Shown here: one piece after another, positions 18,173-26,615 of the stretch | How positions within the stretch are numbered: position 1 is the first letter of the stretch | Layout: each line of letters starts with the position of its first letter | Sequence record: OP079919.1 | Source of the DNA: Klebsiella phage KPN8 | DNA: 64,000 bases | Strand: one strand, 5' to 3' | Program-made: the position numbers and the translations under genes | The notes under the pieces: generated by a model | Told to the model about the DNA's origin: nothing | Databases searched by the model: none | Seen by the model: only the letters and a program-made list of their open reading frames with translations

Positions 18173-18824
18173 ACCTAAGCGTTGAACGGGCAGTTAGGGG
18201 CAATGGTCCCCGAGGTCTTCAGCTTCTTCGCCTGCCCGCACTAAAAAGTTCTTTCATGATTAGGCGTGCCGCGCTCTACGAGCGGACAACAAGCAACCGA
18301 AAGTGGGAGAGAAAGAAGCGTGTCCGGTCGCTTGCCGGAAAGTTGGTTCAGGCGGGTTTCTTCCCAACCCAAACGACGCTGCCCAAGATAGGGCTGCAAG
18401 TCGTATTAGCGTATTATACCGGTATGCGGGGTTTCTGCGATAAACCGGGTTAGCTACGGGTAAGAAACCGGCCGGAGTAATCAGCCTTTCGTATTCGGGT
18501 AACGTGAGTTATCGTAGAGATATCTCTGAGGGTTAGGCCAACCCCCGACGTTCTTCGAGTACGAAGGGAAGCTTGCTCAGCTTCGTAGAAACTCCAAAAT
18601 CTCAGACGGTCACACCTCGCAATCTTACGGCAGTATGATTGCCTATTCGTCCTTTGTCGCTCACCAAGGGGCGAGTAGGAAACCTCTGCCACGGCGTTTC
18701 GATTGTTTGCCTTTGCCATAACCCTCCTGTATAGGTTGAGTGTTAACTTCCCCAAGAGTATAACCTGTTATCTCTCTCTTCGTGAGGAGTCGGAGATAAT
18801 GGGATAAATTCTTAGGAGTTCGTT

Positions 18825-19013
18825 ATGTACACATACCAGTATACCGTGCGATACCGAATACCTAATTCTGTGTTTACGACTTACAGCGGAGAAATTACTT
18901 CTGACTGTTTGCTCAATAACGCTAATCGCATTTTTGATGTCTTGCGTACTGAAGTTCTTAAAGCTGTTAACGTTAACTCGTTTAGCATTACGAACTTTAA
19001 GCTGAAAGAATAA
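18825..19013 (+). CDS. small hypothetical protein (62 aa)
   Basis: SD TAGGAG 8 nt upstream. Downstream terminator at 19185-19216. Confidence 0.5.
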   Translation: MYTYQYTVRYRIPNSVFTTYSGEITSDCLLNNANRIFDVLRTEVLKAVNVNSFSITNFKLKE

Positions 19014-19184
19014 GTCGAGCTACGCGCTCAACCTACCTTAGGGCCGGAAGTAGTTACGACTTAGGGGGAAAGAAGAGTCGTGCCTTTGAGTACCCCAACC
19101 CCATTCGTGTGGTGATCTTCCACATCATCCCATGGATAATGCTGCATCATCATCATTAAAGTTCTACCATGAATTTTATTCCTT

Positions 19185-19216
19185 CCAGTAGGGTTCGTCC
19201 CTACTGGACTTTTTTC
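19185..19216 (+). terminator. intrinsic terminator
   Basis: CCAGTAGGG-TTCGT-CCCTACTGG 9-bp stem followed by ACTTTTTTCGCGTTTT. Confidence 0.75.
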
Positions 19217-19346
19217 GCGTTTTATTTATCGGCACATATAAGGTTATAGAGGAACTAGATTTTTTGAGTTCTAAATTATGGTAATGTAAAGCAAAAGATA
19301 ATGCTTTCCATTCCAACTATCATAATTTCTTTTAGGAGTTTCATCT

Positions 19347-20309
19347 ATGAGCACATTACGTGTTTACGCGTGCGGCGGTACCGGTATTAATATTGCGTCT
19401 AAATGGATTGCCACCGGTGCGAATACGCTTATTCGTAAAGCCCAGTTCATTGGACTGGATAGCAGTGAAAACAACAAACCGTATAACGACGCCTTTAAGG
19501 TCGAACGTCCTGAAGGAACTCGTGGCGGTGGCAAAGAACGTAAGCTGATCGGTAAAATCGCTGCTGGGTTTATTGACAGTATTTTGACCAAACATAAACC
19601 GGGCGATTTCAACCTGATCATCATGAACGCGGCTGGCGCTACCGGGAGTACGTTCGGCCCGACTCTGATCAACCGTCTCCTCACCCAGGGCGTTCCGGTC
19701 ATTGCGTTGGTCGTAGGTGACCTGACTTCTGAACTGGAAAACTACAACACGGTTAAAACGTTTGAAAGCCTGGACAACCAGCGCATCAATCTGAACGTGC
19801 CGGTTATCATCGACTACGTGGACAACGCCAAATATCCCAGCCGTGGATTGGCCGACAAATATGCCATCGGCCGTCTTGATATCCTGAGCCTGTTCTTAAC
19901 CGACGAACACGAAGAAAGCGATTTCCAAGACATCCGGAACCTGTTCTATTACAACCAGGTTACCAAGGCGGCGCCTACTCTTGCTCGTATCGACTTCTTG
20001 ACCGATACTCAGTTAGACAACGTTACTCCGGGGCTGGTTGCTGAATTTGGTTTGTATCGTAAAGCGGACGATATCGGTAGCCATATTAAAAATCTGGCAT
20101 ACCGTTCGACCGGCGTTATTCAGGAAGGTAGCACTAACTTCCCGGCTGGAATAGAACATCTCCACATGGTCTTTGACCACGATGCGACGATTAAAGATAT
20201 CTTGGTTCTGGTCCAGGATCTTAAAGATATTGAGATCCAAAATAACGAACGTTTTAAATCCGCTCAGCAGGTTGGAAACGGCGGCGATGATTCTGGAATG
20301 TCCTACTAA
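19347..20309 (+). CDS. phuZ: PhuZ-like phage tubulin/FtsZ-family GTPase
   Basis: YACGGTGINIASK, EGTRGGGKERK, NAAGATGSTFGPTLINRL and NVPVIIDYVDN match PhuZ/tubulin GTP-binding loops as I recall them. 320 aa with an acidic C-terminal tail. Strong SD TAGGAG. Confidence 0.75.
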   Translation: MSTLRVYACGGTGINIASKWIATGANTLIRKAQFIGLDSSENNKPYNDAFKVERPEGTRGGGKERKLIGKIAAGFIDSILTKHKPGDFNLIIMNAAGATGSTFGPTLINRLLTQGVPVIALVVGDLTSELENYNTVKTFESLDNQRINLNVPVIIDYVDNAKYPSRGLADKYAIGRLDILSLFLTDEHEESDFQDIRNLFYYNQVTKAAPTLARIDFLTDTQLDNVTPGLVAEFGLYRKADDIGSHIKNLAYRSTGVIQEGSTNFPAGIEHLHMVFDHDATIKDILVLVQDLKDIEIQNNERFKSAQQVGNGGDDSGMSY

Positions 20310-20318
20310 GTAAAACAA

Positions 20319-20365
20319 TACTGCTACAGCCCTTCTATGGGGCTGTAGCAGTAGTTCTTTATTTT
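20319..20365 (+). terminator. intrinsic terminator
   Basis: ACTGCTACAGCCC-(7-nt loop)-GGGCTGTAGCAGT 13-bp stem, followed by a T-rich run. Confidence 0.7.
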
Positions 20366-20423
20366 TTGCATCTATCTATAGGTCTAACTAAAAAACCGCC
20401 TATAAACCTTTACAGGAAGCTTT

Positions 20424-20729
20424 ATGATAAAAACAACCAGAGTGGTTAAAACGTTGAGTTTTCGCGAATATCATTCTGTGATACTTAATGTCGATAGTAA
20501 CGTTGCTACAGCAGAAAGGTTGCTCCTCAAGGAGGCTTTAATCGAACACGGTTATCAGATCGACGACGGTTTACCTGAGAGCTATCCTCTTTATCCAGAA
20601 TCACTAAGGGAATTCAGAGATATGTTGAAGGCCAGTATCGAACACATAACTTTGGGGATTCCCACAAACGCCAAGGTCGAATATATCAGTCCTACTCTTG
20701 GACTCTTCAATATCATTTTTACTTACTAA
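20424..20729 (+). CDS. hypothetical protein (101 aa)
   Basis: SD ACAGGAAGC. Member of a cluster of small genes. Confidence 0.5.
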   Translation: MIKTTRVVKTLSFREYHSVILNVDSNVATAERLLLKEALIEHGYQIDDGLPESYPLYPESLREFRDMLKASIEHITLGIPTNAKVEYISPTLGLFNIIFTY

Positions 20730-20745
20730 CAGCAGGTGAGCTAAT

Positions 20746-21315
20746 ATGTACTCAGTGGGATCAGAATGGCTTAAGGACCAAATTTTAACATTTGGTTATT
20801 CGGTAGGAGAAACGTCTGATGGAGATCCTAAGCAGTTAACAAGTTTTATCCGACCTATTGTGGATGGTGTGGTCGAGGCATTGAATGCTGACGACCCTGA
20901 CGACATCTGGGATATCATCAGACGTTTTGAGCGGGCAATGTCAGGCAATTATGCTGTCGAGTCTATCTTCGACTTTCTTACCACCAATGTAAGAAAATTG
21001 GCTAAGCGATCTGGTTACGACCCCAGGGTGAAGTTTAGAGTCAGAGAAGTCAGAGTCGGGCACCGGATAAATTTTGTTTTTGAAATGGACCTCGACGCAA
21101 CAATAGCCGCGGTTAATTCCCTCAATCAAGAAATGCTGGAAGAAGATCTCGATGAAATTGTTTCCGATCACCCAGGAGTTGACGTACTTCAAAAACTTGA
21201 AAACGTTAGGAAAAGGGAACTACAAGAAAAACTTAATTCCTTTACACGAAATGTACTCGGAGTTCGTGTCGTACCAGCGGGAGCTAGCAGACGTTACCTT
21301 AATAAAGGAGTCTGA
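20746..21315 (+). CDS. hypothetical acidic protein (189 aa)
   Basis: SD AGGTGAGC 5 nt upstream. Confidence 0.55.
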   Translation: MYSVGSEWLKDQILTFGYSVGETSDGDPKQLTSFIRPIVDGVVEALNADDPDDIWDIIRRFERAMSGNYAVESIFDFLTTNVRKLAKRSGYDPRVKFRVREVRVGHRINFVFEMDLDATIAAVNSLNQEMLEEDLDEIVSDHPGVDVLQKLENVRKRELQEKLNSFTRNVLGVRVVPAGASRRYLNKGV

Positions 21316-21688
21316 TCTAGAAATCGTTTTTGGCGGATTGATACAGTACGTTATGGATGAGTTCCCCTTATCTGTTCGGTGTATAACTTTTGATCAAACT
21401 TCTTTCGATAAAAGGATAGCGAGAAAACATTATTCCTCGGAAGTACTTGAGGAAATATTGGATGCAATGAAATGTGTAATAGCTAAACATATTTATGCGC
21501 TCACTCCTAACACTTTGATTAGAAAGCCCGTGTTTTATCATCTGATTAATACTCGCGTATTGGTGATCCATATAAGTGATTACGATCTAAGAGAGCCTGA
21601 CAATGCATCGTATCCTCGTTCCAGTAAAACCCATCGCGGACGCAATGACGACCTTCCAACTCCCCGAGATTGGCGCGATGACACATAA
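21152..21688 (+). CDS. hypothetical protein (start uncertain; overlaps the previous ORF by 164 nt in another frame)
   Basis: Open frame with no convincing SD at 21152, 21251 or 21353. Confidence 0.35.
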   Translation: MKLFPITQELTYFKNLKTLGKGNYKKNLIPLHEMYSEFVSYQRELADVTLIKESDLEIVFGGLIQYVMDEFPLSVRCITFDQTSFDKRIARKHYSSEVLEEILDAMKCVIAKHIYALTPNTLIRKPVFYHLINTRVLVIHISDYDLREPDNASYPRSSKTHRGRNDDLPTPRDWRDDT

Positions 21689-21971
21689 CCAGTTATTAGA
21701 AATGATTGTGAAATTGAGCTTAGAAGCTCGTTTTAAATCTTACGGGCTTTCTGGTGCGATTGATATCATCAAGGATTTAATCTACGCGTTTAAACCGAAG
21801 GATTCAGTCCCAGACATTCTATTGGGTTTTTATCTCCTCCCGGGAATGGTCGCATTAACGGAAGAAATGACTGCGATTGAGAAAGCCAGGGATGTTTTCG
21901 GATGGGACCTTTATTGCCCTAACATGAAGTCACAACATATCGTCGTCTATGCGGGAGAACCACGTGCCTAA
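21603..21971 (+). CDS. hypothetical protein (start possibly 21678)
   Basis: Overlaps the end of the previous ORF. Confidence 0.4.
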   Translation: MHRILVPVKPIADAMTTFQLPEIGAMTHNQLLEMIVKLSLEARFKSYGLSGAIDIIKDLIYAFKPKDSVPDILLGFYLLPGMVALTEEMTAIEKARDVFGWDLYCPNMKSQHIVVYAGEPRA

Positions 21972-22296
21972 GATAACTATTCAACTTGCAATACCGCCGG
22001 GAACCGATGTGGAAGGATTTGTTTCTGCATATGGCAGTCTCTTAAGAGCACATCGGATTAAATGTAACATCCCTAGTCAGGATGTTCAGCTTAACCATCC
22101 GTTGGAAGAAGCCCGGGAACAAATTCTGGGAGACTTCCAACGTACCAACTCCCAGCTTCAGTCGATCAGCGCTAAATACGCAGACGTCTCTGTGTCCAAT
22201 GTTCTTTCAGACGGGCGCAAGATGACTATCATTTTAGCGTGCGACAGACCCAATAGTGAGTTCATCAATGCGGATTTCTCACACCAGTCTCAATGA
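21949..22296 (+). CDS. hypothetical protein (alternative GTG start at 21964 with GGGAG SD)
   Basis: 115-aa ORF, translationally coupled to its neighbours. Confidence 0.45.
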   Translation: MRENHVPKITIQLAIPPGTDVEGFVSAYGSLLRAHRIKCNIPSQDVQLNHPLEEAREQILGDFQRTNSQLQSISAKYADVSVSNVLSDGRKMTIILACDRPNSEFINADFSHQSQ

Positions 22297-22585
22297 AGAA
22301 GCTTTCCTGGAGGCCATCAAACAAATTTATTTGAGAGATGACCCCCTTCCTTCTGATCAGACAATTTACGAAGTCGTTTCCGAATGGGTTGATGATCTCT
22401 TTCAAAATGGTCATGTGGAAGAAGATGTCATTGATCTTTTTCTGGACGGACTCCCACCTACAGAGCTTTTGAAATCTGTAACGGTGCATCCTCTTTTTAG
22501 GAAGCGGGTGGTTTATTCCGTTAATCCTTTAAATGGTATGACTGAAACTGTGGGCTTCCCCTTAATCATTCTGGAGTACGTATGA
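22256..22585 (+). CDS. hypothetical protein
   Basis: 109-aa ORF overlapping both neighbours at start and stop. Confidence 0.45.
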   Translation: MSSSMRISHTSLNEEAFLEAIKQIYLRDDPLPSDQTIYEVVSEWVDDLFQNGHVEEDVIDLFLDGLPPTELLKSVTVHPLFRKRVVYSVNPLNGMTETVGFPLIILEYV

Positions 22586-22995
22586 CCATTAGTGTGAAGA
22601 ACGGGGATATTGTTAGTTTTTCCCTGGTACAAGCAAACATCATCAACAACGATTACACCAACGTAACTGTGTTAGGTCACGTAATGTTCGATGTTGCTCG
22701 AGGGCACGATCCTGAGCTCCGCAATAAACATTACAATCTTTATCCGTACTTCAAGGATAAAGTTAATAATGTGGACGATCCCAATTACGCTGACGGTTAT
22801 TTGGTCTTAAAGTTAGCCAATGGCGCACTCAGTCCCATTGGGATCCCTTGGATCAACGAAGATACCTTTGAGGTCATCAGCGGAGAAACCCGTGTTTACA
22901 CATTCCCTACCTGGAAAAGTAAATATGAGTCAAGTCTGCATGAGCTCTTGGCTAACCTCGGCGCCGAATATTCTTATACCAGTACTAAAAAATAA
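22582..22995 (+). CDS. hypothetical protein
   Basis: SD GGAG, ATGA overlap with the previous stop, and a strong terminator immediately downstream. Confidence 0.6.
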   Translation: MTISVKNGDIVSFSLVQANIINNDYTNVTVLGHVMFDVARGHDPELRNKHYNLYPYFKDKVNNVDDPNYADGYLVLKLANGALSPIGIPWINEDTFEVISGETRVYTFPTWKSKYESSLHELLANLGAEYSYTSTKK

Positions 22996-22998
22996 ACC

Positions 22999-23060
22999 GT
23001 TACTCTCATCCCTAATGGGATGAGAGTAACCTCTTTTATTATTATTTTTTTATTGCCGTT
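22999..23060 (+). terminator. intrinsic terminator
   Basis: GTTACTCTCATCCC-TAAT-GGGATGAGAGTAAC 14-bp stem, followed by CTCTTTTATTATTATTTTTTT. Confidence 0.8.
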
Positions 23061-23114
23061 CCTTTTTATTAGACGAAAACAATTTTAAATTTTAAAGTGA
23101 AACGGAGCTTAAAG

Positions 23115-25199
23115 ATGACTGAGACTTTTTTAAGTCCGTTTGTTGATGACGATTACAGTGCCGATAGGAATATCGTTAAACACTATCATGAACAAATGGC
23201 TTTGTATCTTGGTAAAAAGCGCAATGAAGATCCTAAAGCTATTTACGAAGTACTTTCTAAACACATCCAGCCCAATCAAAACGGCTATAAAGATCGTCGT
23301 ATGCAGGTTTTAGTAAAAAACAAGTACGGCGATAGAGAAGTTAAAGTCATGACGGCATCTAATTTCTTTAATGAAGTTAGACGTCAGAACTGTCATCTCA
23401 GTCCCAGTATGGTTGCTTACAAGAACACTGAAGAAGAGCAATCCGTTAATGCAATCGGGACAGAAAAATTTCTTAGCCTTCGGTCCCACTATAAAGGGTT
23501 AAAACAAAAGGCCAGTGACGAAGGTGATGAATGGGGTAAGAAGGCTTTCCACGAAATTCAAAACGCCTTGAAAATATTCAACAACGCCCAATCAGGCGCA
23601 ATGTCATCCCGTGGGACTCCTCTTGTTAATAAGTCAGGTCATACTGCTCTGACTAGTGCTTGCCGTGCTTTGACCAGTACCGCTAACATGTGTAATGAAA
23701 AGTTATTGGTCGGTAACCGATTCTTTAACTCGTACGAGCGAACGATGGAGAACTTACTGTCGTTGCTCTCAGTTACTGACATTAAGCGAATGGACGAAGT
23801 CATCAAGAAACTGAAGATGAACTACGCGACCATAGACCAGGTTATGGAAATGGTCAAACGTTGTTCTCGTCGGTATTGGAGAGACGTTAAACAACTCGGC
23901 TACATTAAAGAGTTTTTGGAGCAACTTCGTCCGGTTGAATTAACGGCTTTGCTTTGCAATATGGATATCGAGGGATTGAGGGTTACGAATAAAGAAATCC
24001 TTTATAAATTCTTTGATGACTTCTCTCATATACCGGAAGTTCCAGAAGGCGCTAAGGCTGAAGATTATACTCCGCCTGATAACGGAGACCGATACACGCT
24101 TTGTGTGTCTAAACTCTTAGCGAAACCAAGCAAAGTTCAGTTAAACTTTTTAAACCAGTATCATCTGGAAATGGAACATAAGTGGAAAGACTTTATTGAA
24201 GTCTTCTTTAAATGCTCCATTCCTCCATCGGGCATTTATGAAATCAGGGATATGATCCGAGAGGTAGTTCAAACCTCAGATACCGATTCCTCGATTTACA
24301 CCGTAGATAAAGTCGTAGAGGATTACACCGACGAAAAAGGACAATCGTTGAGATTGAATGGGGTTCTTACTTACTTCATTCGAATGATAGCGGTTCATCA
24401 GCACGCTCAGTTAAGTGAAAACATGAACGTTGCTAAACGCTACCGTAATCGTCTGACGATGAAGAACGAGTACTTGTTTGGAGGATATGTTACAACATTA
24501 ATGTCAAAACACTATTTTGCCACACAGCTGATGGTAGAAGGGGTATTGAATAAAAATGTTGAAATGGAAATTAAGGGTGTTCACTTAAGGAGTTCTAAAG
24601 TAGCTCATGAGATAAAGGATTTTGCACACAAACTCATGAGGGAGATATTGGATTGTATCTATGACAAACGTCAGATGGATGCAGCCGATATTCTCTTTAG
24701 AGCAGCAGAGTTAGAAAGGGCCATCATTAAGGATATCAACGAAGGCCAATGGGGTTGGCTAACACGCAACACGATAAAGAGTGACGACGTGTACACATTG
24801 CCGGATCAATCAGTGTATCAATACCACTTACTCTGGGAGGAAGTGTTCTCCCCTAAATACGGACACGCTCCACCACCACCCTATTCTGCTATGAAAGTTA
24901 ACCTTGATTTAGGTAATAAAGGTAAGGTCGAAGAGTTTTGTAAGAATCTGGAAGATAGAGAACTTGCAAATCGTTTATTAGATTTCTTCGTTAAGAAAGA
25001 GAAAAAAGAAATCAGTACGTTCTTTGTTCCTGCTGACGTATTACCAAGATTAGGCAAGTTACCCGATGAAGTTATTAAAGCCGCGGATATCCGACAGATC
25101 ATTAAACAGAACTTAAAATCCGTTTATGCTGTGTTGGAAGCCTGTGGGCTGTATATTGTTAACGATAAAATAACGCGTTTAATTAGTGACGAACACTAA
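23115..25199 (+). CDS. hypothetical large protein (694 aa)
   Basis: SD GGAG 8 nt before the ATG at 23115 (MTETFLSPF). The upstream 23097 ATG lacks an SD. No motif recognised. Confidence 0.65.
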   Translation: MTETFLSPFVDDDYSADRNIVKHYHEQMALYLGKKRNEDPKAIYEVLSKHIQPNQNGYKDRRMQVLVKNKYGDREVKVMTASNFFNEVRRQNCHLSPSMVAYKNTEEEQSVNAIGTEKFLSLRSHYKGLKQKASDEGDEWGKKAFHEIQNALKIFNNAQSGAMSSRGTPLVNKSGHTALTSACRALTSTANMCNEKLLVGNRFFNSYERTMENLLSLLSVTDIKRMDEVIKKLKMNYATIDQVMEMVKRCSRRYWRDVKQLGYIKEFLEQLRPVELTALLCNMDIEGLRVTNKEILYKFFDDFSHIPEVPEGAKAEDYTPPDNGDRYTLCVSKLLAKPSKVQLNFLNQYHLEMEHKWKDFIEVFFKCSIPPSGIYEIRDMIREVVQTSDTDSSIYTVDKVVEDYTDEKGQSLRLNGVLTYFIRMIAVHQHAQLSENMNVAKRYRNRLTMKNEYLFGGYVTTLMSKHYFATQLMVEGVLNKNVEMEIKGVHLRSSKVAHEIKDFAHKLMREILDCIYDKRQMDAADILFRAAELERAIIKDINEGQWGWLTRNTIKSDDVYTLPDQSVYQYHLLWEEVFSPKYGHAPPPPYSAMKVNLDLGNKGKVEEFCKNLEDRELANRLLDFFVKKEKKEISTFFVPADVLPRLGKLPDEVIKAADIRQIIKQNLKSVYAVLEACGLYIVNDKITRLISDEH

Positions 25200-25206
25200 G
25201 CAGTAA

Positions 25207-25238
25207 ATACTTTCGCTCCTTTACGGGAGCGAGAGTAT
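25207..25238. terminator. bidirectional hairpin between convergent genes
   Basis: ATACTTTCGCTCC-TTTACG-GGAGCGAGAGTAT is a 13-bp stem with one G-U pair. Confidence 0.55.
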
Positions 25239-25244
25239 TAGCGG

Positions 25245-26357
25245 TTACCGAGATAATTTATTTTGTTTTAACATGGCGGTGACTTGTTCTAAGTATTGTA
25301 CTTGTAACGGCCCCGGAATGAAATGTTTAATCATCCCTTTAATATCTTGCTTGGACCAAACATCGATATGACCATTCACCGTCCCCATTGCGTTGAAGCT
25401 TTTATTATTGAGTGCCAAACTAAGCGTCAATAACTTCATTATTGGGAATTGCCAAATGGCGTTTGTTTGACTATATCGATTGTATCTCTTCGCATCTACA
25501 ATGAGAGGGTTGACATCCATCGTCATAAAGTCGCCTATTCTCTGTATGACGTGTTCAGGAGAATAGCTCGGTGTTAGCGTTAAAGTCTCGACCAAGAAGG
25601 TTAAGAATCCTTTGAGTAGTTCACCCACTGGATTGATATTGAACTCCCCCTTGACTACCGTTAATTGGTCGTCGATGTTCTCACCGTTAACTACGACGTT
25701 ATAGAGCGAATTGAATACACTCAATTGATGCTGCAAACACCTTGCGTTGATTAGAGGAGTGCCGGCTAAATAACGATGAGGATCTAATCCAGTTTCTGAT
25801 CCTTCAGCTAACCGTTCGTTAAGGTAACGCCAATACCCTATACCCAAAGCCGTGATATCCACCCCTATTACTGCAAACCCGCCATAATTCATCGGATCGT
25901 TTTTGAGAGAAGTGGTATTAGTGTAACGGATGTCCGTCTCGGTGCTAATCAGCGGGATGATGCTGCAAATGTCTCTTTCGTCTAAATCGAAATAATCATC
26001 GAGATTATCTTTAGCCGGATAAGAGACCAACATTTCAGTCAACCCATTCGCGTACATCACGTTTTGTTTTACGACACCTTTATTGTATATAGACGTGATT
26101 CCGATAGTCGACGCCCAACTATCTACTTGCATCTCGATCATTGCTTTAAGGTAGGTGGGATCCCATTCAGGTTGAATGTTCATTAATGAAAGTAACTGAA
26201 CCAAAGGATGTTGGTTCTGTAAAACGTAGGTGGTATTGTCGTTCCGTGCGATCCACTGATTACGATTAAAATCCAAGATACGTATTACATTACTGAGCCT
26301 ACCATATTTATAGACGGCAGGACGATGATCGGTTGTTATTAATTTTAAAGGTTTCAT
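25245..26357 (-). CDS. hypothetical protein (370 aa)
   Basis: SD AGGA upstream of the ATG at 26357. Confidence 0.65.
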   Translation of the reverse strand: MKPLKLITTDHRPAVYKYGRLSNVIRILDFNRNQWIARNDNTTYVLQNQHPLVQLLSLMNIQPEWDPTYLKAMIEMQVDSWASTIGITSIYNKGVVKQNVMYANGLTEMLVSYPAKDNLDDYFDLDERDICSIIPLISTETDIRYTNTTSLKNDPMNYGGFAVIGVDITALGIGYWRYLNERLAEGSETGLDPHRYLAGTPLINARCLQHQLSVFNSLYNVVVNGENIDDQLTVVKGEFNINPVGELLKGFLTFLVETLTLTPSYSPEHVIQRIGDFMTMDVNPLIVDAKRYNRYSQTNAIWQFPIMKLLTLSLALNNKSFNAMGTVNGHIDVWSKQDIKGMIKHFIPGPLQVQYLEQVTAMLKQNKLSR

Positions 26358-26615
26358 TGTAGTCCTGTTAGTAACTCAGTATTATGTTATTACATATATC
26401 TATTATATGTAAACAAACACACCTCTCCGAAAGGAGGGGAGACCAATGCCGCGGAGTAAAAATCCGTTAAGCATAAAATCGATCAGTTTTTACCACCCCT
26501 AAATAATTTCAGACCGATATTATTTAGGTAGATAAACAACACAAATGTTTATCTGTTTTGATCAAACTAAATAACATCCCCTTTATAAAAAGCTAATAGC
26601 TATTAGGAGTTAAGA

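Noticed and set aside
18405-18450. Group II intron domain-V-like hairpin (ACCGGTATGCGGGG...CGATAAACCGGGT)
   Set aside because: It lacks the AGC catalytic triad and the 2-nt bulge. There is no GUGYG 5' end, no domain VI and no IEP ORF nearby.
19100-19180. Possible 26-aa ORF (MNFIPSSRVRPYWTFFAFYLSAHIRL) in the 3' UTR of gene 18825
   Set aside because: It has no SD and it runs through the terminator stem, so it is probably not translated.
23097-23114. Upstream ATG (MKRSLK) for the 694-aa gene
   Set aside because: It has no SD, whereas the ATG at 23115 has GGAG 8 nt upstream.
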